Source: Candidatus Bathyarchaeota archaeon
GTDB lineage: Archaea; Thermoproteota; Bathyarchaeia; Bathyarchaeales; Bathycorpusculaceae
Direction of reading: 5' to 3'
Assembly (NCBI GenBank): GCA_963702095.1
Contig: OY969706.1
Location: forward strand, 2,848,001-2,912,000
Length of the DNA stretch: 64,000 nucleotides
Shown here: positions 43,488-52,581 of the stretch, piece by piece
Numbering within the stretch: position 1 is the stretch's first letter
How the letters are laid out: every line of letters starts with the position of its first letter
The notes under the pieces: model-generated
What the model was told of the DNA's origin: nothing
Databases searched by the model: none
The model's input: the letters and a program-made list of their open reading frames with translations, nothing else
Made by a program: the position numbers and the translations under genes

Positions 43488-44339
43488 ATGTTTGATTTCC
43501 TAGTCTACGTCGCCGCCGTTGCCTCCCTCATCGCCGCATTAGTTTACATCCGCTCGATGTTTAGGGGGCAGACTAAACCCAACAGGGTAACCTGGTTCAT
43601 GTGGTGTGTTGCCCCGTTTGTGGCGACTGCAGCCTCTCTATCCAGCGGTGCAAGCCTAGCCGCCCTGCCTGTCTTCATGTCGGGGTTTGGTCCATTACTC
43701 ATATTTACCGCGTCGTTTTTTAGCAAAAAAGCATACTGGAAACTTTCATCCTTCGACTATGCCTGCGGCGCCTTCTCTGGATTAGCCCTTATTCTATGGT
43801 ACATAACCAGCAACCCAAATGTGGCAATCGGTTTTGCTATAGTAAGCGACGCATCTGCGGCTATCCCCACCCTAATCAAGGCATGGCGTAACCCCGAATC
43901 AGAATCTATCTGGCCCTACCTCGTCGGCTTATTTGCTCCGATGACAAGCTTTCTTGTTGCACCTGCCTGGTTTTTCTCGGCATTGGCGTTCCCCGTCTAT
44001 CTGGTAGCGATAAATGTGTTGCTTGTTGCTTCAGTATCTAAAGGACGATTAGCTCATAATAGTTTGAAAAGAAACTCCGCCAATAAACCAACCAAAATAG
44101 CAACAACCACAACCGCAATAACGAAACGTGGCCCCGCCGCTTTGACGCTCTGTATGAGTCGAAGCCCAATAGCCACAAACAAGGAAAGAACAACCCCTGC
44201 CAAAATGGACGTAGTTATGGGTACTTCAGGATACAAGATTACGCCGACAAGCGGCACTATCAAAACAGGCAGAATTAAGCTGGGCATAATCAAAGACCAC
44301 TTGCCTGTCCATAGCATCCCAACACCACAGGTCTGTTAA
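43488..44339 (+). CDS. Hypothetical membrane protein (C-terminal about 95 aa probably spurious)
   Basis: Hydrophobic first about 185 aa (TKPNRVTW, PTLIKAWRNPESE); the tail overlaps an opposite-strand ORF. Confidence 0.65.
   Translation: MFDFLVYVAAVASLIAALVYIRSMFRGQTKPNRVTWFMWCVAPFVATAASLSSGASLAALPVFMSGFGPLLIFTASFFSKKAYWKLSSFDYACGAFSGLALILWYITSNPNVAIGFAIVSDASAAIPTLIKAWRNPESESIWPYLVGLFAPMTSFLVAPAWFFSALAFPVYLVAINVLLVASVSKGRLAHNSLKRNSANKPTKIATTTTAITKRGPAALTLCMSRSPIATNKERTTPAKMDVVMGTSGYKITPTSGTIKTGRIKLGIIKDHLPVHSIPTPQVC
44054..44317 (-). CDS. Small membrane protein (about 3 TM)
   Basis: 87-aa hydrophobic ORF directly downstream of 44336-45310. Confidence 0.6.
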   Translation of the reverse strand: MLWTGKWSLIMPSLILPVLIVPLVGVILYPEVPITTSILAGVVLSLFVAIGLRLIQSVKAAGPRFVIAVVVVAILVGLLAEFLFKLL

Positions 44340-45310
44340 CCCTCTTTATTCTTAAGGGTTTCCAGAATAGGAGGTTTATGCTTGAAGAGCAGCGGCAAAC
44401 CCACCGTTGGAATCGACAGCACCCATAAGTTAAGGTTTCCTAGGAACCACAAGTACCAGTAGCTCCACGTTTCATCTTTTCCAAAGAAAATCCATGTGAG
44501 GTAATTGATAAGGTGGAGCAAGCCCAATGCGGTAATGATGGCGCCGACTGTTTGAACATTTAGTTTTTCTATGTTTTCTGTTCCAATGGATTTTTTGGTG
44601 AAGTAAGCAGTAAAGATGGTTAATGCAAGCATTCCAAACGCTGTTAGAGCGAAACTGAACAGGTTTTCTGGGTAAGCCAAATACTGGGTTCCCTGCCGCA
44701 GTATGGTTGATACCCAAATGGCAGTGCTGGTAAGCCAAAACACCAAAATGTAAACCGTGCCCGCAATCAACCCCCATTTTATTGCTCCCTTCACTGGTTT
44801 GTTGGGGCCCAATTCGTGGGATAGCTTGAACAAAGCAATGGGGATAACAATGGATTCTATCAGAAGAGGCAAGGCGTAGATTAAAATGGAATTAAAAATT
44901 GGCAGCGTCGAGATGTGACCGTTGACACGCCAAATGGTGAAGCCAACCGTGGAAGATAACGTCAGAACGGCGGTAGTTAGCAGCCCCAGCCAGTAAAAGG
45001 CTTCCCCAATCAAAACCAGCCTTAAAAGCTTCTTTACCCTCTGAGTTGAAAGCCCCTTCCTTACTAAGTAGAGTATGGCTCCTCCAAAGGCGATGGCGCT
45101 GGCAACGAGTCTGGCGGCGACTCCGATGGCTGCCGAAACGTCTTCAGCAAAAATAATTTGCCGCAGGGAGCCGCCGAAGGATTCCCATTCGCCAACCCAC
45201 GAAAGGTTAAACATGGCGTGGACGGTTAATAGGAAATAAGCAGTGGCGACTATGAGGAACCCAATGTTGAGCGGTGAGTAGACGTTTGGCTTTGTCATTG
45301 TGCTTAGCAA
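44336..45310 (-). CDS. Hypothetical multi-pass membrane protein
   Basis: 324-aa ORF with about 8 hydrophobic segments. Confidence 0.75.
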   Translation of the reverse strand: MLSTMTKPNVYSPLNIGFLIVATAYFLLTVHAMFNLSWVGEWESFGGSLRQIIFAEDVSAAIGVAARLVASAIAFGGAILYLVRKGLSTQRVKKLLRLVLIGEAFYWLGLLTTAVLTLSSTVGFTIWRVNGHISTLPIFNSILIYALPLLIESIVIPIALFKLSHELGPNKPVKGAIKWGLIAGTVYILVFWLTSTAIWVSTILRQGTQYLAYPENLFSFALTAFGMLALTIFTAYFTKKSIGTENIEKLNVQTVGAIITALGLLHLINYLTWIFFGKDETWSYWYLWFLGNLNLWVLSIPTVGLPLLFKHKPPILETLKNKEG

Positions 45311-45350
45311 GCATTTAGAAGCTAAGTGCTTTTATTTTTTTGGTTGGGGA

Positions 45351-45429
45351 TGGCGGGCCCGGAGGGATTTGAACCCTCGATCTCCGGCTCCGCAGGCCGG
45401 TGTAATAATCCGTACTATACAACAGGCCC
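45351..45429 (-). tRNA. tRNA-Arg(GCG), intron-less, CCA encoded
   Basis: GGGCCTG/CGGGCCC acceptor stem, CCGGC-CTGCGGA-GCCGG anticodon arm, GAGGG-TTCAAAT-CCCTC T arm, GCCA end. Confidence 0.93.
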
Positions 45430-45629
45430 ACCTGTCTTTTGCCCCAAAAAATTTGAGGCAGAAATAGGTAATACGGTGCTTGAACTTAAGAATAGTGGTA
45501 CATAAAAAACAGAGCTAACTCCACAAGGTTAGAAACGCCGTTTAGACTTCAAGTAAATTATATTAGCCAACAAACAGTAGCCTACTTGGTGAAGTTGAAC
45601 TGGCATATGGTATACGCACGAGAAAGCCA

Positions 45630-47006
45630 GTGCTGTTCTCCATCGTTTTAGTGGTTCTTCTGCTGGCTACTCAACCTCCGCCGGCGACTTCTGCGCAAAT
45701 CTGGAACTCCGACAGCAACGGCAGCAACAATTCCGCCTACGATGGCAATGGCACTATCCAAATCGACGCTCCAAAAGGTACCTGGTCCATGTATTACACT
45801 GCACTGCCGCAGAATTGGCGAAGCTTCAATGTATCCGTAGATGTTAACGCTCAGGACCTGCAGGGCTTCTACGTTATCGCTAAGGGCGATCTTCCTCTTG
45901 TCGGCGAAACCGATGATTTAACCTGCGGCATAGGTCCCTATTCTGATGATGGAGGAGGCGCACTCTCGACTTCTGCAACATTTGGAAATCATACAAGCGC
46001 CGCACACTTGAACTTTGATTTGATTCAAACAAACACTTGGTATACTCTTGTTATCAGTTTAGACTTGCAGCAGAATTTCTTCAGGCTTATAATGTTTAAC
46101 GCAAGCGGCACTTACCTGGGCGGTTCTTCAGGTGGAATAGATCCTGAAATTCTTGCGTCAATCAGTCAACTGAAGTATGTCGGGTTTGGCGCTGGCTTAA
46201 ACGGCGGCAGCTACACCGTCCGCAACGTAAAATTAGTAACTGATCCGCCCCTGCCTGAAACCGATCCATCAAACGTGCTATTGACGTCAATGCTTTCGTT
46301 TTCTTGCCAAAGCTCGGTGATCAATAGTTCACAGTTCAAAGTGGACGTTAAAGGTAACATAACTCTAGATGGAGTACCGCTATCCAACGCTCAAATTCTC
46401 TTCTCCTACAGTATCGGCAACGGAACCGTATGGAACGACATAGCCTCAGTGTACTCGGATGCAATGGGCAACTATTCCTTGATGTGGCTGCCTACTGAAG
46501 CGGGAACTTACCTGCTGCGGGGCACCTACAACGGAAACGCAACAGTACCAGCGGCAAGCAAAACGGTCAGTTTCGCCCTCTTGCCCTATGAACATAAAAG
46601 CATATTCTCCGTAACCTCAAACTCAACCATCTCTAGCTTCGCCTTCAACTCCACGGCCAACCAGATAAGCCTCTCAGTAACGGGTCCCAACGGAACCCAA
46701 GGCTATACAGAAATAACCATACCCAAGTCTATGCTGCTTGATGCTTCAAACCTCCAAGTAAGCCTCGACGGTGCAGAGGTGAGCTATACAGTTCAAGAGC
46801 AAGGGGACATATGGGTAATCTCCTTAAACTATCACCATAGCTCTCACCAAATAACTGTAGCTTTGAACTCGGAGAGCTCAAATCGCATCGAAGGACTCCC
46901 ACCCCAACTAGTCTACATAGTACTGGCTTTAGTAGTGATTGCAACTGCTACAGCATTGGCAGTTCTGTTTGTTATGACCCGCAGAAAAAACAGCGGTGGG
47001 CTTTAG
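45630..47006 (+). CDS. Secreted surface protein with Ig-like domain and C-terminal TM anchor
   Basis: Signal peptide, beta-rich body, SNSTISSFAFNS..YHHSSH C-terminal domain, TM followed by RRK. Confidence 0.75.
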   Translation: MLFSIVLVVLLLATQPPPATSAQIWNSDSNGSNNSAYDGNGTIQIDAPKGTWSMYYTALPQNWRSFNVSVDVNAQDLQGFYVIAKGDLPLVGETDDLTCGIGPYSDDGGGALSTSATFGNHTSAAHLNFDLIQTNTWYTLVISLDLQQNFFRLIMFNASGTYLGGSSGGIDPEILASISQLKYVGFGAGLNGGSYTVRNVKLVTDPPLPETDPSNVLLTSMLSFSCQSSVINSSQFKVDVKGNITLDGVPLSNAQILFSYSIGNGTVWNDIASVYSDAMGNYSLMWLPTEAGTYLLRGTYNGNATVPAASKTVSFALLPYEHKSIFSVTSNSTISSFAFNSTANQISLSVTGPNGTQGYTEITIPKSMLLDASNLQVSLDGAEVSYTVQEQGDIWVISLNYHHSSHQITVALNSESSNRIEGLPPQLVYIVLALVVIATATALAVLFVMTRRKNSGGL

Positions 47007-48625
47007 GTTTGGCTTTTGTTTAGCACCCTCTCAAGAGCTGCAATCACGTTGTCTTTGCCCATGGCTAAAACGTATGGTCCCAGCTTTGGACCCTGCGGCG
47101 CACCCATCAACACTGAATAGAGCACTCTAAAGAAGGCGCCGGGTTTGATGCCGTTGTTTTTGGCTGCTTGGAAGATGGCGTTTTGGATTTTGTCTGGGTC
47201 ATCCTCTGTTTTCAGTTGCGTAACCAGCTCCAAGATGGCTTTGCGTTCTTCCACGGATAGTTCCACGTTGGTTTCTTTGATATCCTCAAAGTCCCTTGTC
47301 CAATTTTGGGCGAACTGTATGCGTTGCTGTAGGGCGGCGTCGATGACTTGGCCTTTTTGGAGGTAGCCGTAGCTTTGCAGTTTCTCTGCGACGTAGTCGT
47401 TTATGCATTCTTTGGGCGCCATTTTAACCAGGAACGCCATGAGGTTGTAGGGGGTGTGGATGCTGGGTTTAGAGGGCGGTTTCATGACATAGCAGTATTG
47501 GTAGATTCCTTTGAGGCGGATGGCTTCTTTTTCGCTGGGCTGTTTCTTGCCAAAGTAGACGTCTTCGAGGTCGTCTAGTTCATTCATGTACGAGGGGATG
47601 TCGGAGACGTCGAGTGAACGTGTGCCTACAAACCGTTTAAGCATAAGAAGCAAAAGCGACTGCGGCGAACCATAGTTGAACCAGACCTGCGGCGTGAACA
47701 CGTTGCCCGCGGACTTGCTGATTTTTTTGCCGCCCTTATCGAGGAACATTTCGTATTTGGCGTGGCTGGGCGGTTCGAACTGGAGGACTTCGCGGCAGAT
47801 GCGGTCGTTTATGCGCACGGAGTCGGCGATGTCTTTGCCGTAGGCTTCAAAGCGGATGTCGAGTGCTTTCCAGCGGGCGGCGAATTCGCTTTTCCATGTT
47901 AGTTTGCCCTGTCCGCTTTTGATGTCTACTTCGCCTTCGTAGCCGCAGCCGGGGATTAGTTTGCCCCTGATTTCGAGTCCTTCGCATTTGTATGTGACTT
48001 TGTCGGTTTTGGGGTCGAATTTGTAGGCGCGGGTCGTGTAGAGATGACCGCAGTTTTCGCAGACAGCAAAAAACGGCAGAACTTCACTGTAGGTTTCCTG
48101 TCCCACCTCCTCTTTGATGATTTCGCCGACCTGTTTGGCGTTGGTTAGGAGGGTTCTGATTTCGTTTAGCAGCAACCCCTTTTTGTAAACTTCGTTAGCG
48201 GAATAGTACTTGTATTCGATGCCGCATTTGTCCAGCGCCTCAAGCAGTAGGCTGCTCATGTGTTTGCCGTAGCTTTCGTGGCAGCCGAACGGGTCAGGGA
48301 TTGTGGAGACGGAGTAACCGAGGTATTTTTCTAAACCTTGAGCGATGTCGGCTGGTAAGCCTGCGGGGACTTTGCGTAAGCCGTCTTTGTCGTCGCAGAA
48401 GGCAACCAACTCTGAGTTGCAACCTAGGTTTTTAAGCGCCAAAGTAACCGCGTAGCTGCGGCTGGCGTCGCCTAAGCTGCCGATGTGCGGAAAACCTGAG
48501 GCGCCCAAACCCATTTCCGTGCGGACTCTGCTCATGTCTCGCTTCAGCGATTGTTCCCGCTCGATGACTTTTTTTGCCATCATGTCGTACCATGTGCCTA
48601 AACCGACGATAGTTTCATCGCTCAT
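47003..48625 (-). CDS. lysS: Lysine--tRNA ligase, class I
   Basis: GASGFPHIGS (HIGH), KISKSAGN (KMSKS), EAYGKD, QGPKLG. Confidence 0.95.
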   Translation of the reverse strand: MSDETIVGLGTWYDMMAKKVIEREQSLKRDMSRVRTEMGLGASGFPHIGSLGDASRSYAVTLALKNLGCNSELVAFCDDKDGLRKVPAGLPADIAQGLEKYLGYSVSTIPDPFGCHESYGKHMSSLLLEALDKCGIEYKYYSANEVYKKGLLLNEIRTLLTNAKQVGEIIKEEVGQETYSEVLPFFAVCENCGHLYTTRAYKFDPKTDKVTYKCEGLEIRGKLIPGCGYEGEVDIKSGQGKLTWKSEFAARWKALDIRFEAYGKDIADSVRINDRICREVLQFEPPSHAKYEMFLDKGGKKISKSAGNVFTPQVWFNYGSPQSLLLLMLKRFVGTRSLDVSDIPSYMNELDDLEDVYFGKKQPSEKEAIRLKGIYQYCYVMKPPSKPSIHTPYNLMAFLVKMAPKECINDYVAEKLQSYGYLQKGQVIDAALQQRIQFAQNWTRDFEDIKETNVELSVEERKAILELVTQLKTEDDPDKIQNAIFQAAKNNGIKPGAFFRVLYSVLMGAPQGPKLGPYVLAMGKDNVIAALERVLNKSQT

Positions 48626-48720
48626 AACAGGTTGCCTTCTGCCAAATGACTATGCGAGGGTATAGAAAAATGTTTAGAACCAAAAGCTTCTGGTGACTTA
48701 AGAGGTTGGTTTTTTCGTTA

Positions 48721-48838
48721 GTTGTTGTTGGCATAAACCGCCTATACTCAACAACAACCTGCGGGTTTTGAGGCAGCGCCTGTTTTGAGGGCGGGTTGTA
48801 GGGTGGATTGCAGGCTGGTTGTGGAGCAAACCACAAGC
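48721..48838 (+). repeat. Dispersed intergenic element, family 2, copy E
   Basis: GTTGTTGTTG-N18-CAACAACAAC C, 49-nt spacer, TGCAGGCTGGTTGTGGAGCAAACCACAAGC (29/30 identical to copy D). Confidence 0.88.
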
Positions 48839-48911
48839 TCGGTGGTGGTCTATAGTTGCGTTAGACTCTTATTCTACACACATGCTAACATGACTGTGTA
48901 GGTGGGGGTCT

Positions 48912-49140
48912 ATGGGTACACAAAATAGCGCTGCCATTCAAGCCATTAGACTTTGGAAAATAGAAAAAGAAACCCTGCGAGAAATGGCTAAATCTAAAGT
49001 GGATTTAGAGGCACGGCTCCAGAACTGGATTAGTTCAGACATTTCTATAATATCACCCGACTTCCTCCTATCGGTCGAGAAGTCCCCACTGACTTTGGAG
49101 GATACATCGATATTCTTTGCATGCATGAGAACGGCACATC
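48912..49140 (+). pseudogene. Truncated, frameshifted NucS/DUF91-like PD-(D/E)xK endonuclease
   Basis: DLEARLQNWI..ISPDFL, then after a shift at about 49068 IGREVPTDFGGYIDILCMHENG; the expected IELK motif is missing. Confidence 0.7.
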
Positions 49141-49241
49141 GGAAAAAATGGCTTGCTATTGCCTCAGCTTATGTTTTGCCTCACTTGAAGTTGGCAGAAA
49201 ATTATTAAGTGCGACCCTGCATTAGTGTGACTGTGGTTTAG

Positions 49242-49463
49242 TTGTCCCGTGCACGGATTAAACGTAAATGCCAAGTCACCATCCCCCAAGAACTCCGCAA
49301 AGAATTCGGATTAGAAGAAGGCACAATCATAGAATTCACCAAAGAAGACGACAAAATAGTAATCAAGCCACTGCCACCCTTAGAACCCGGCGAAGCCGTC
49401 GGCGAAGAAGAATTCAAAAAAATCCTATCTGAACTCGACGAGCGCCGGAGAAATTGGCGTTGA
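49242..49463 (+). CDS. AbrB/MazE-type antitoxin (VapB-like)
   Basis: QVTIPQELRKEFGLEEG..IVIKP; overlaps the PIN gene by 10 nt. Confidence 0.88.
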   Translation: MSRARIKRKCQVTIPQELRKEFGLEEGTIIEFTKEDDKIVIKPLPPLEPGEAVGEEEFKKILSELDERRRNWR

Positions 49464-49858
49464 CAGGCGTAGCTGACACTCGCCTCCTGTTTTTTATGGA
49501 ATTGCCTTCCACCCCCGAAATGGGAAGAAAAACCAGAGACTTCTTTGAAAAGGAACTCAGATCAACCCTTTTAGTTCCCACCGTTGTGTTAGCTGAATTC
49601 ATAGAGATCGCTGGAGCAAGAATCGGCGAAGAAGCAGCCAAAACACGGATACGCTCGCTAAAAGAACGCGGACTACGAATCGTACCCTTCGATGAACCGC
49701 ATGCCCTCAAAACTGGGAACCTACTTCTCTCAAACAAAAAAGTACCCCTCGCCGACGCCATAATCGCATCATACGTTAAAAACGGCGAAGCGGACTATGT
49801 ACTAAGCGATGACCAGCACTTCAAAACCCTAAATGTAAAAACTAAATGGATAACCTAA
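49454..49858 (+). CDS. PIN-domain toxin (VapC-like)
   Basis: VADT, VLAEF, LADAIIA, SDDQHF acidic PIN residues. Confidence 0.88.
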   Translation: MALTGVADTRLLFFMELPSTPEMGRKTRDFFEKELRSTLLVPTVVLAEFIEIAGARIGEEAAKTRIRSLKERGLRIVPFDEPHALKTGNLLLSNKKVPLADAIIASYVKNGEADYVLSDDQHFKTLNVKTKWIT

Positions 49859-49894
49859 AACGGCTCAAAAGATAGGGAAGAAAAGAAAAAGGAG

Positions 49895-50233
49895 CTATTT
49901 GCGTTGGAGTGCCGCTGCAATCGCCAATGCGGCGACAACCAGCAGTATCACCACGACTGAGTAGAGCCAATTGAAGCTAAACAGGAACCATGCTCCACCC
50001 ACCGCAACCGCGACCAGTCCCAACGCCATGGTGCTAAACGGGCTGCGCTCATACATGCCGACTTTGCCCATCCGAATCAAACCCAACACCACGAACCAGA
50101 GCCCGTTGAGCAGGAAAATCACTGGCACAATCAGCGTCCAATCCATCAGCCCCGCCACGTAGAGCAGCACAGCTACTACTATGGTGAGGAAGAAGACGCC
50201 GATTGTAAGCAGTTGTCGATTGCTATCATTCAT
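49895..50233 (-). CDS. Small 4-TM membrane protein
   Basis: Start ATG 50233 (MNDSNRQ), four hydrophobic helices, last gene of the SPFH operon. Confidence 0.75.
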   Translation of the reverse strand: MNDSNRQLLTIGVFFLTIVVAVLLYVAGLMDWTLIVPVIFLLNGLWFVVLGLIRMGKVGMYERSPFSTMALGLVAVAVGGAWFLFSFNWLYSVVVILLVVAALAIAAALQRK

Positions 50234-50244
50234 TGCTGGTGGTC

Positions 50245-51225
50245 CTAAGCGATTTTTTCTCCGCATTCTGGGCAGAACTTGCTGTTGGCGGGGATGGATT
50301 TGCCGCATTTGGGGCATGTCATGGCTTGCTGGCTTGGCGGGGTAAGGTTGGTTCCGCAGTTGGGGCAGAATTTGCTGGTCGCTGGCACTTTTTCTCCGCA
50401 TTTGGGGCAGATCACTAGTGCCGCTGCTGGAGCTGCTTGGGGTGCGCCCATTTGGTTCATGACCTGTGGGATAAGCACCATGCCTGCGCCGAGTGCGCCT
50501 GCGCCGCCTCCACCTTGTCCGAGGCTTGCCGCTGCGCTCTTGACTGTTTCCATGCGTAGCACGTCGCCGGCTGGGGTTTGGCCTGTTTTGAGCCAGAAGA
50601 GGCGTTCACGGTACTCGGGTGTGGTGTCGATGCCTTCGAATCTTAGGTCGGTTAGTTCGATGCCGACGCGTTTGAAGTAGTCGATGAGTGTGTTTTTGAC
50701 GATTATGCTGGTTTCGTCTAGGCGTGTGAAGACGGTGACGAGGTCGTAGTGGCTGAGTTCGTCGATGATTTTCTCGTTTAGGAAGCCGCGGAGGAAGTCG
50801 TTGACGTCCTGGGTGGTGTAGGCTTGTTGTCCGCCGATGACTTCGTTGACAAACAGGGTGGCGTCTTTTACTTTAAACCAGAACTGCCCATAAACCTGCA
50901 GCGGAGCGAGTTCGGTGGTTTGTGCACGTGTGCCCCATTTTCCCGCGAAGATTTTAGTGCTGATAAACAATACGGTGGCTTTGAACGGTTTGTTGCCACC
51001 GTAGCCTGCCAGTCGGGTGAGTAGGCTTGTAAGCAGGGGGAGGTTGAGGGTGGTTAGGGTGTGTCTTCCAGCTTCGAATATGTCGTAGGCTTTGCCGTCG
51101 CGGAAGAACACGGCTATCTGGTATTCGCGGACAATCAACTGGGCACCCCATGTGATGTCTTCGTTGGGGTACCGCCAAACTATATCTTCTGGGCCTGCAG
51201 TGGGCCATTCAATTACTTGCGGCAT
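50245..51225 (-). CDS. SPFH/Band-7 protein with C-terminal double zinc ribbons (YdjI-like)
   Basis: GAQLIVREYQIAVFFRDG..GRHTLTTLNLP, KWGT; four CPxCG motifs. Confidence 0.85.
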   Translation of the reverse strand: MPQVIEWPTAGPEDIVWRYPNEDITWGAQLIVREYQIAVFFRDGKAYDIFEAGRHTLTTLNLPLLTSLLTRLAGYGGNKPFKATVLFISTKIFAGKWGTRAQTTELAPLQVYGQFWFKVKDATLFVNEVIGGQQAYTTQDVNDFLRGFLNEKIIDELSHYDLVTVFTRLDETSIIVKNTLIDYFKRVGIELTDLRFEGIDTTPEYRERLFWLKTGQTPAGDVLRMETVKSAAASLGQGGGGAGALGAGMVLIPQVMNQMGAPQAAPAAALVICPKCGEKVPATSKFCPNCGTNLTPPSQQAMTCPKCGKSIPANSKFCPECGEKIA

Positions 51226-51764
51226 TACGCTGTCACTCCTAAGATTGCTTCTTGCCTTTTATCAAACGTATCCTCAAGCATGTCCACTTTGTCGTTTACG
51301 CCTTGGACTTTGTCTTTGAGGTTTGAGTAGTCACCGCCTACCAGCTGGGTTTTTAGGCTATCCACTGCGTCGGTGAGTGTGTTGACGCCGTCGAGGAGCC
51401 CGTTGTCGTAGGCTATCATGCGGTCAAGGTTTTCCTCTTTGATTTTAACTATGTCAAAGAAGCCGCTGTACCCGTAGGAGGCATGGTTAACTTTTTCTGT
51501 TATGCGGTCCATCTTAGCCACTAAGCGGTCAACGTTGGTTAATACGTCGAAGTAACGTTTATCCGCTATTCTCTGAGAAATCAACCTGACGTTGTCTTTA
51601 TCTCTGGAGAGTTTGAGGTAAAGATGGTTGCGGATTAGTTTGTCTGATTCACGGCGGAGTTCCTTCTCTTTGTAGCCTCGGAACCCTGGAAGTGCAGCCG
51701 CGATGCGTTCTGAAAGCCTCATTTGGCTTTTCGCTTGGGCATATACATCTTTATTTTCGCTCAT
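51225..51764 (-). CDS. Helical hypothetical protein
   Basis: LPGFRGYKEKELRRESDKLIR..YGYSGFFD; coiled-coil-like; stop overlaps the SPFH start. Confidence 0.75.
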   Translation of the reverse strand: MSENKDVYAQAKSQMRLSERIAAALPGFRGYKEKELRRESDKLIRNHLYLKLSRDKDNVRLISQRIADKRYFDVLTNVDRLVAKMDRITEKVNHASYGYSGFFDIVKIKEENLDRMIAYDNGLLDGVNTLTDAVDSLKTQLVGGDYSNLKDKVQGVNDKVDMLEDTFDKRQEAILGVTA

Positions 51765-51833
51765 TTCCCGTTTCCTCCAATATTTGCATTCCGTTATAAA
51801 AAGGGGCTTGCTATTAAACGTTTTTAAAGCAGT

Positions 51834-52577
51834 TTAGAACTTGGAATTGGGGATGTCGCCCCGAAGAACCATGCCCGCTGAGCCGTCAACCAGCATCTGG
51901 TAATTGTTGCCCTTGTACTCATACTTGATGAACCACACAGGCGCATGCAAATACACCATCTGCTTAAGGTCCACAGTCGTGGTTTCCTCAATAATGCGAT
52001 CAATGTCCTGCTGCAACAGGAACCGGTGATGCTCCTCAATCTGTTGTCTAGCCAACTCCAACGCTTGATCCCGCTCCATTTCACTGTTGAGCAGTTTAGC
52101 GAAGCCTTCGATTTTGCGGAAGTCATAGGGAACCTTGCCCGCCAACGGAACATCATAGGCTCGGGTGGGAAAATCAGAAGCCTGCCTAGCCAGCACCAGC
52201 CAATTGTACTCTTTTTTGATCTGGCCTTCTTTGGTGATGGCGGGGGTAATACGTTCAAAGATGCCCTTGTACTGGGTTGTGGCTTCAACAGTGACCACCC
52301 AAAACGGCAGATACATCAGGGTTTTCTCGGTGACCTTAGCTTTTTTGGCGAGGTCGCCTGGTTTCATGAAGCCTGAACGCATCCAATCACGGATCAACCC
52401 CTCGATCTGCTCGGGGCTGTAGCGGTTTAGGAGCACGGAATGCTCGAAGTTGAAGGCTTGACCGGTTTCGATGACGGTTGTGAAGCCGCAGTACTTGCAG
52501 GTTGCTATGAGTTCGCCTGGCTTAAACTCTACAGGAGCCCCACAATGCGAACACCGAATATTTTCAGCCACAGCCAT
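51834..52577 (-). CDS. Zn-ribbon protein (YdjG-like)
   Basis: CSHCGA..CKYCG, YLPFW and APVW..Y..VDG motifs. Confidence 0.7.
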   Translation of the reverse strand: MAVAENIRCSHCGAPVEFKPGELIATCKYCGFTTVIETGQAFNFEHSVLLNRYSPEQIEGLIRDWMRSGFMKPGDLAKKAKVTEKTLMYLPFWVVTVEATTQYKGIFERITPAITKEGQIKKEYNWLVLARQASDFPTRAYDVPLAGKVPYDFRKIEGFAKLLNSEMERDQALELARQQIEEHHRFLLQQDIDRIIEETTTVDLKQMVYLHAPVWFIKYEYKGNNYQMLVDGSAGMVLRGDIPNSKF

Positions 52578-52581
52578 AGGG

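Noticed and set aside
43100-45429. Integrated element at tRNA-Arg
   Set aside because: No duplicated tRNA 3' end found by eye and no integrase nearby.
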